DNA of 64,000 nucleotides from Amoeboaphelidium protococcarum X5 (Eukaryota > Fungi > Aphelidiomycota). The stretch spans positions 252,927 to 316,926 of the forward strand of contig JALDTO010000181.1 in assembly GCA_023515725.1 (NCBI GenBank), written 5' to 3'. Made by a program: the position numbers and the translations under genes. The notes beneath the pieces are model-generated. The model was not told the origin of the DNA and did not search any database. It saw only the letters and a program-made list of their open reading frames with translations. Shown here in pieces: positions 57,044 to 64,000 of the stretch (position 1 is its first letter; the number at the start of each line of letters is the position of its first letter).

Positions 57044-57182
57044 TTGAGCTGAATACTGTATATATGAGTATTGCTGTTGGCTGTTATGTGTAATTATGGT
57101 GAATGTAATGACAATAGGTGAAAGTAATAAATATATCCGATTCGAATACATGATTTTAGATTCCAACTTATCACTGTTCGAT

Positions 57183-58625
57183 TCAAACGTTAAGAGTGGA
57201 TGATTCAGTAAGCTTATCCTTGAAGGGTTCAAGAACCGGCTTAACACATTATTCAACAAAGTCTTTACATTGCTCTGGAGCTCTTCCCACAAATGAAGCA
57301 GGATTCAGCAAATCCGATAGCTGTTTATGCACAGGAGCAAAGTACTAATCTCTCTATATCCTGCTGATAAGATCATTGTCCAATCCTTCCAACTTGACGC
57401 GAGCAGAAGCTTCATGACTCAACACACGAATCTTCTCATGGCACTCCTGTCTACTGCCACCACATTTGACCATAGCCATGATGATATTCTCAGTAGCCAT
57501 GAACGGTAGTTCTTGATCGATTCTCTTCTTGATTACATTTGGATACACAACCAATCCTTCAGACACGTTCTATATAATACTCATAATGATGTCTGCAGTC
57601 AAGAATGCCTCGGGGATTGTAATGCGGCGATTAGCAGAGTCATCTAGTGTACGTTCAAACCACTGATTTGCAGCAGTGTTCTACGCGTTCGTCACCAGAG
57701 ACATGAGGTGGCGAGCCAGTCCGCAAGTTCTCTCACTTCTCATAGGATTTCTCTTGTATGCCATCGCGGAACTGCCAATTTGGTCCTTCTCAAATGGTTC
57801 CTCAATCTCCTTTAAATTAGCAAGTAGTCTAATATCAGTGGCAAACTTATGCGCACTAGCTCCAAAGCTGCTCAGAACATTCAGAACATCAAGATCAACT
57901 TTGCGAGAATACGTCTATCCAGTTACAGGATAAGATTTCTGGAAGCCAGCATACTTAGTCACCAACTTATCCAACTGCTATACCTTATCATGATCACCAT
58001 TGAACAAGGTCAGGAACGAAGCTTGAGTTCCCGTGGTTCCTTTAACTCCACGGAAGCCTAGCTCATCGCGAACGCGTTATAAAGCCTGTAAGTCCCAAAT
58101 GAACTCTTGCAGCCACAGGCAAGCGCGCTTTCCAACAGTAGTCAACTGTGCAGGCTGGAAATGCGTAAATCCAAGAGTGGGCAAGTCTGCGTACTTTTAA
58201 GCAAACTAGGCCAGTCTATCAACACAGCGAGCCAACTTTGGTAAAAGTATATCCAAAGCATCGCGCATCATGATCAGCTCAGAATTGTCCGTGACATAGC
58301 ATGAAGTGGCGCCCAAGTGAATAATTGGTGCAGCGAGAGGACAAGCAACACCGTAAGTATGCACATGAGCCATTACATCGTGGCGACGCTTTGCTTCCTC
58401 TGCAGCAGCCAGTTCCCAGTCTATATCGTCAATGTGCGACTTCATTTACTTGATCGCTTCATCAGTGATATCAGTCAAACCCAATTACTGCTCTCCTTTA
58501 GCCAGCCAGATCCACAACTGACGCCAAGTTTAAAACTTTCTAGCATCCGAAAAGTTATACGCCATCTCCTTGGACGCATACCTGGAAGTCAGCGGACTCT
58601 AATACTTTTCCTTGTCTTCGCGCAT
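57183..58625 (-). CDS. ADE13: Adenylosuccinate lyase
   Basis: [34 protein letters not shown]. Confidence 0.97.
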
Positions 58626-58773
58626 AATTAGTATTCGTACCAACAATTGTAAGCTAAAGCAGATTAAAAGTATACGAGATGATCAAAGCGATCGATCGTC
58701 GCTCGAGCTCTGCAGCTTTTACTTTTGTGATTTGAAAACACGTAAAATTGATCAAAATATAACAGCATTGATA

Positions 58774-60396
58774 ATGACATTGCAATAGTAATAAAAGACT
58801 TTTAGAGACTTTAAATTGGATGATAGATTGCTGAGAGCTCTAGAAAAGTAAAATTTTACTAAGCCGACTCTTATCTAGTCGAGTGTAATAGAGATTGCCT
58901 TGCAAGGGAAAGATATTGTTGGAAAGGCCAAGACTGGAAGTGGGAAATCGCTGAGCTATATTTTGCCCATTTTGCACAAGATTCTACAATTGCAATAGGC
59001 CAGTGGACGTGTAAAGTCTACCAAAGCAGTGATTATTGTCCCATCTCGTGAATTGGCCGCATAAGTCAAGCAGTAGATCAAATAGGTGACCACTTTCTGC
59101 AATGATTATGTCTCCGCTCTCAATATCACAAACGACAAGATCTAGCTGGTGATGACAGCTATCGCGCAAGAAGTTCCTGATATACTAATTGGAACGCCCA
59201 AGAGTCTATTGCAAGTTGCTGAATAGCTGCATGCATAGAGCAAACCCATGAGCGAGAGTATATAACATTTGGTGATTGATGAGGCTGATCTCCTTCTGTC
59301 GTTTGGCTATGAGAAGGATATGAAGTCGTTGCAAGACTACTTACCCAAGATTGTGTAAACGTACTTGATGTCTGCCACTCTTAATGCTGAAGTAGATCTA
59401 TTAAAGTCGCAGCTGTTGAGGAATCCTGCTATTATCAAACTGGAGGATGGAGCGGATAACGTGTCCAATATTTAGCAGTTCATTTTTGAGTGTGAAGAGA
59501 GTGACAAGTTCCTATACCTATTCTACACTCTTAAAATGAAGTTACTGCGTGGCAAGTGTCTCATCTTTGCGAATGGAGTTGATCGTGGATACAAGCTCAA
59601 GCTATTCTTGGAGTAATTCTCTATTAAAAGCGGTGTATTGAATGCAGAGTTGCCAGAGAATTCTAAATTGAACGTGATCAAGCAGTTTAACAGAGGAGCA
59701 TTTGACTACTTGATTGCGACTGAAGAAATCGCGGCTCAATCAACCAAAAAGATTGATGCTGAAAAGTCTCAGTTGGCTCATGAATCGTCCGTGTCTCGCG
59801 GCATAGACTTCAAGAATGTCGCGTGTGTTTGTAATTTGGATTTACCTCAATCTGTTAAAAATTACACTCATAGAATTGGTAGAACTGGCCGTGGAAATAG
59901 TCGCGGTGTTGCGCTCTCGTTCATCACCTCGTCTGATCACAGAGTATTGAAGAAGATTGAGTACAAGTTTAAGGGATTGATTCATGAATTTAAACAGCTG
60001 GATAGGAAAGACGCTGAGAACTTTCGTTATAGATGCGATGATGTTATGAAGCAAGTGAAGAAGAAATCTGCCGTGAAAGATGCGCGCTTCAAAGAGCTGA
60101 AGGGAGAGCTGTTGAACAATGAAAAGTTGAAGGCTCACTTTAAGGAGAATCCAACTGATTTGAACGCAATCCGTCATGATAAACCTCTGAATGTTCTTAA
60201 AGCTTAACCATAGTTAAAGCATGTGCCAGAGTACCTTATGCCATCCAGTTTAGGGAAACGTACTGCGCCCATGTCGAAGCATGAGATTGACAAGATTGAA
60301 TTCAAGAAGAGACGCGGTGGAGGTCGTCCATCTAAAAAGGCAAAAATCGATCCTCTAAAGTCTTTGAAGTTTAAACGTAAGTCAAAAGCGGCATGA
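58774..60396 (+). CDS. DBP9: DEAD-box helicase Dbp9/DDX56
   Basis: [48 protein letters not shown]. Confidence 0.93.
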
Positions 60397-60924
60397 GAAT
60401 TTAATATATAATTATCAACAGTGAACTTACTGCTTTTCACATCGGCGTGATTTCGCAAACTCGGCCCCACTTTAAAATGGGAACACTCGTGCAGATCTTG
60501 AAATAATGAACCTATTTGCTTTGTTATAAAGAGAATTCACAAAATGGCTAAAAATGAGAGGAAATACATATATTCAAATTTTAATGTACCACGAGTCATT
60601 AAATTATACGTCAGTGATGAATTAAATTGCTGTTCAACTAGAAGATGAGATGGCGCAGCTCACGAGCATTTAAAACTGCGGCGACGGGTAGAAGCACAGT
60701 GTTACCAGCTTGCAACGTTTGCACTGTTTCAGCTCTTGCTATATTTGCAAACGCGTTCACGTGCAGGAACAAGCCTACGCCAAAAAGCCACACTCCCTAC
60801 TAAATCAAAATTACAGTCAATATAGAAATTAAATCTTACCAACATCAAAGCAACAACTCTGGAAATGCTTAACTTTTTGTTTTGCTGTTGCGCAAGCAAA
60901 TTGATATCTGCCCTCAACTCGGCA

Positions 60925-61013
60925 ATTTCTTCCTGATGCTGTCTTCTTAACTCCGTCATTTCTTCCTGATGCAATCTTCTTAACTCCGTCATTTCTTCCT
61001 GATGCAATCTTCT
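60925..61013 (-). repeat. 33-bp tandem repeat (~2.7 copies) encoding ELRRLHQEEMT in a small coiled-coil ORF
   Basis: Units start at 60925, 60958 and 60991, within ORF 60729-61052. Confidence 0.85.
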
Positions 61014-61296
61014 CATCTCAGCCATTGCCAGCTGAAATTCTTCACATCTCATACATGCAAATTCTCTGTTCTCTTAAACAAACGTAGATTCTTCCAAAGA
61101 TGCCATAACTATTTGATACTATATAAATTTGACGCGTTGCAATGATTGATTTGAAAGGAGTAGAAAGAAGGGCCAAAGGTGAAACAGAAAAATCGGCATC
61201 GGTGGCACTCTTCACATCGGGTGAAACCACCAATCAGACGCTTTCCTACCTGTTCATTACGAACTCAAAACAGAAAAACGCGAAAAATAAAAAGCA

Positions 61297-61830
61297 ATGG
61301 TGTAAGATAAAAATTGATACGCTTTGCCTTATAATTTAAACTTCATTTAGTGTAGATCTTTTGTGTGTAATCAATGTCAAGAAACGATCAAGAAGCCTAA
61401 ATTGGATCAACACGCTCAGAGGTGTAGAGGCGCGACGTTTTCGTGTATTGATTGTAGCACTGATTTCTATGGCACTGAATATCGAAATCACACGTCTTGC
61501 ATAAGTGAGGCGGAAAAGTATCAGAAGACTTTATATAAACCTAAAGTTTCTTTTTAATAGTAGAGTGTGAAATCTGCAGCTGCGAGCCCAGCTTGTAAGA
61601 AATAAGAATAAGGTGATGATGATATCAAAAGATTAGCGCTAAAGTACACTAAGAAAATCGCGAAGAAGGAAAAGTAGATGTCACTGTAAAACCTGTTAGA
61701 TAAGGTGGCAGATAAAATCTCTAGAAAGAGCTCTTAATAGCAATAGTCTAGTGATATCAAGTCTAAAATTCTCAAGATGATCCGCATTGACAGTCACAAG
61801 GAAGACGACTCTCTATTTAAATTTGTGTGA
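61297..61830 (+). CDS. LYAR: LYAR-type C2HC zinc-finger nucleolar protein; intron 61302-61355
   Basis: MV/SFVCNQCQETIKKPKLDQH..CIDC..HTSCISEAEKY. Confidence 0.9.
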
Positions 61831-61905
61831 GTGTGATATCCATCACGCTAGTTTTATCCATACCCTACGCGTCTTAAATTGATTGAAGTATTATATATAT
61901 ATATT

Positions 61906-64000
61906 TCATTTTGCCTTTTGTCTTTAGATTCTAAATGTTTTGGTATTGATCTGACCTACTAGCAATCTACTTAAGAGGAAGAGGATTATGCTGAATACTT
62001 CAAACAGACAAGCAATGACAAAGTGACTTATCGAAGTTCCAATCTCTAACCAACTGCCATCATCACGTACCAAGAAGAAGAAATTCAAAGTGACAACATC
62101 CGTAACAGAAAGACTGAGTAAGAACAGGGCGAACGGAGGTAAATCTAACGCTGCAGAGAGTACTCCAAAGACTGCGCTGAGAAGAGCAAACGGAGTCAAT
62201 ATTTTCAGTACCAGCAGCCCGCCCATGAGGAAGGGATTGAACGTAGTTGTAAGTCGATAAACAGACTGCAGTGTGAATGATGAGACGGAAGCTATATTTC
62301 CAGTGCCAAAGAATGCGACATTGATAAAGAATAGAAACTGCAGAGCTAGAACCATGTCATGAAGATTGAGCTTCCTGTGAACTTGTAAGCTACTTTGCGA
62401 ATTATCTGATTACGTTGCATCTACCTCCAGTTCAAGCTTATCGCCATGTAATAGTTTTTCCATTTCCAACCAGCAGAGAAGAGTCATAAAATACACAGCA
62501 TAGAAAATAGACTCATAAGAGATAGAGAAGGTGATCATGAGAGGGGAGAAAGTGAGGAACACTCTGACTAATTGCAATCTGTAGTTATTAACAGATTGAC
62601 CATAAGACTTATATAAAGGCAGCAAAATGGATACCACTAAAATGAGCCATGAGCAAATCTAATTAAAATACGACAGTCCCGTCTTTGAATATAATCTATA
62701 TACACTCCAATTGGTAAATATAAGTGCCAAAGAGCTTAACACAATCTGAAAAGCTATAAGAGTATCTCCTGTACCGAATACTAACCACATGACACCAATT
62801 GATATGTGCATAACTCCTCCTAGAGTGAATAATAAAGCATTCTCCACCAACTGCGGTGACAATAAAGTAAATGACGAGGACAATACGCACAGAATCGGCC
62901 ATGTATATCGCAGATAAGATGACTATAGTCTGCTGGATGAATTAGATAGATAATATGCACCTAACCCGATAAAAAGCAAACTCAATACCACCCTATAGTG
63001 ATAGCTCATGACTAAAAGCTCCAATATTATCAGATATCCAGCTCCATACGCGATCAATTATCCGCGAGATATACGTTAACTTAAATCCTATACGGACCAT
63101 TATATAACAGATTGATTCCTAAAAATCTATGACCAGAATATAACGGGAAATAGAGCATAAGCATAATACATTGGCGGTGACTACTTCATATAGAATATCA
63201 CTGAGAATGGAAACATTCCCAGGGACGCCAAACTCCAATTATCAAATCGTGTTATCAGCTCATTATCCTTCCTTTGATAGACATACTTTTACAAGATGAA
63301 CACAGCACTGAATATAATCCAGCCCAGATATCCAGCACTGATTATCGATCTAAGAAAGAACCAGTCATAAGTCTATAGATACCTGAGCCCTTCCAGCGAT
63401 TTGGTCATAATCAACTCACATAGTTGAATTGATTCATCGTATTCTTTACGCACTATCAACTAATCAATCTATTCAAATAGTTACAGAGCATATTCATCTG
63501 ATAACTCAGAGAAAGCAACGAAGAAAGGCTCTCTCGAACGTCTCTGATCCTCTTTCACTCTATACATGGTATAGATTTAACGAGCATTAACAAGCATATG
63601 GGCAGCTTTTATTTGGTTGTCTGCTTATAGATATTCAATAGGCAATCGGCCAACCGAATTCACAGGATAATTTATTCCCAATAGACTCGCCATTAAAGGA
63701 GCGATATCCGCCTAATTCACATCAATCAACTAATTTGGTTAATCTTGAATCCCAGCTCCCCATGCAAGTAGTGGAGTTTATGTATTATCAGGATGTCCAT
63801 CACCATGAGATCCAAGTTCTCCCATACCATGATCTGCTGTGAATATATAAGCAGTCTTTTGGTCATGATTATAGTACTGGTCAAACCAAGTAGTGAAATT
63901 ACGCAGTTACTTATCAACAAATGCAATATTGTCCATATATTCATGTGAAGACGGTCTATGCGCATGACCATTAGTATCTATACCCAGGAGGTGCAGAAAT
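61906..64000 (-). CDS. MCD4: GPI ethanolamine phosphate transferase 1 (5' end outside the window)
   Basis: [45 protein letters not shown]. Confidence 0.95.

Overview
This is gene-dense eukaryotic nuclear DNA that uses a non-standard code. TAA and TAG sit in frame at invariant Gln positions throughout, and every complete gene ends in TGA (translation table 6). This is why the supplied ORF track is fragmented. The proteins are opisthokont/fungus-like and introns are few and short (about 50-80 nt), which fits the aphelid Amoeboaphelidium protococcarum, known to use TAR=Gln (organism assignment is inference). Re-reading with TAR=Gln gives about 40 genes, including PP2C, ArfGAP, GPN1, MCM10, LPD1, importin-alpha, RRP42, ATG16, BLOS1, RasGEF, UBA2, NAF1, NSF, ATP3, BuGZ, RMC1, RAD51, RPL38, ADE8, PP2A, ADE13, DBP9 and MCD4. 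The window also holds a full-length 3.9-kb Mutator transposon (TIRs, 9-bp TSD) encoding an OTU protease domain plus transposase, and an intronic C/D snoRNA. An unexplained island at about 29.9-31.1 kb combines a decayed LINE-like fragment, three palindromic GCAC-N11-GTGY boxes and a strongly base-paired ~240-nt RNA candidate. Other oddities are a degenerate SMG9, a membrane-anchored formin with TQT motifs, and a near-invariant (T)GTAG 3' splice site. Coordinates were counted by hand and family assignments come from remembered motifs, not database searches.
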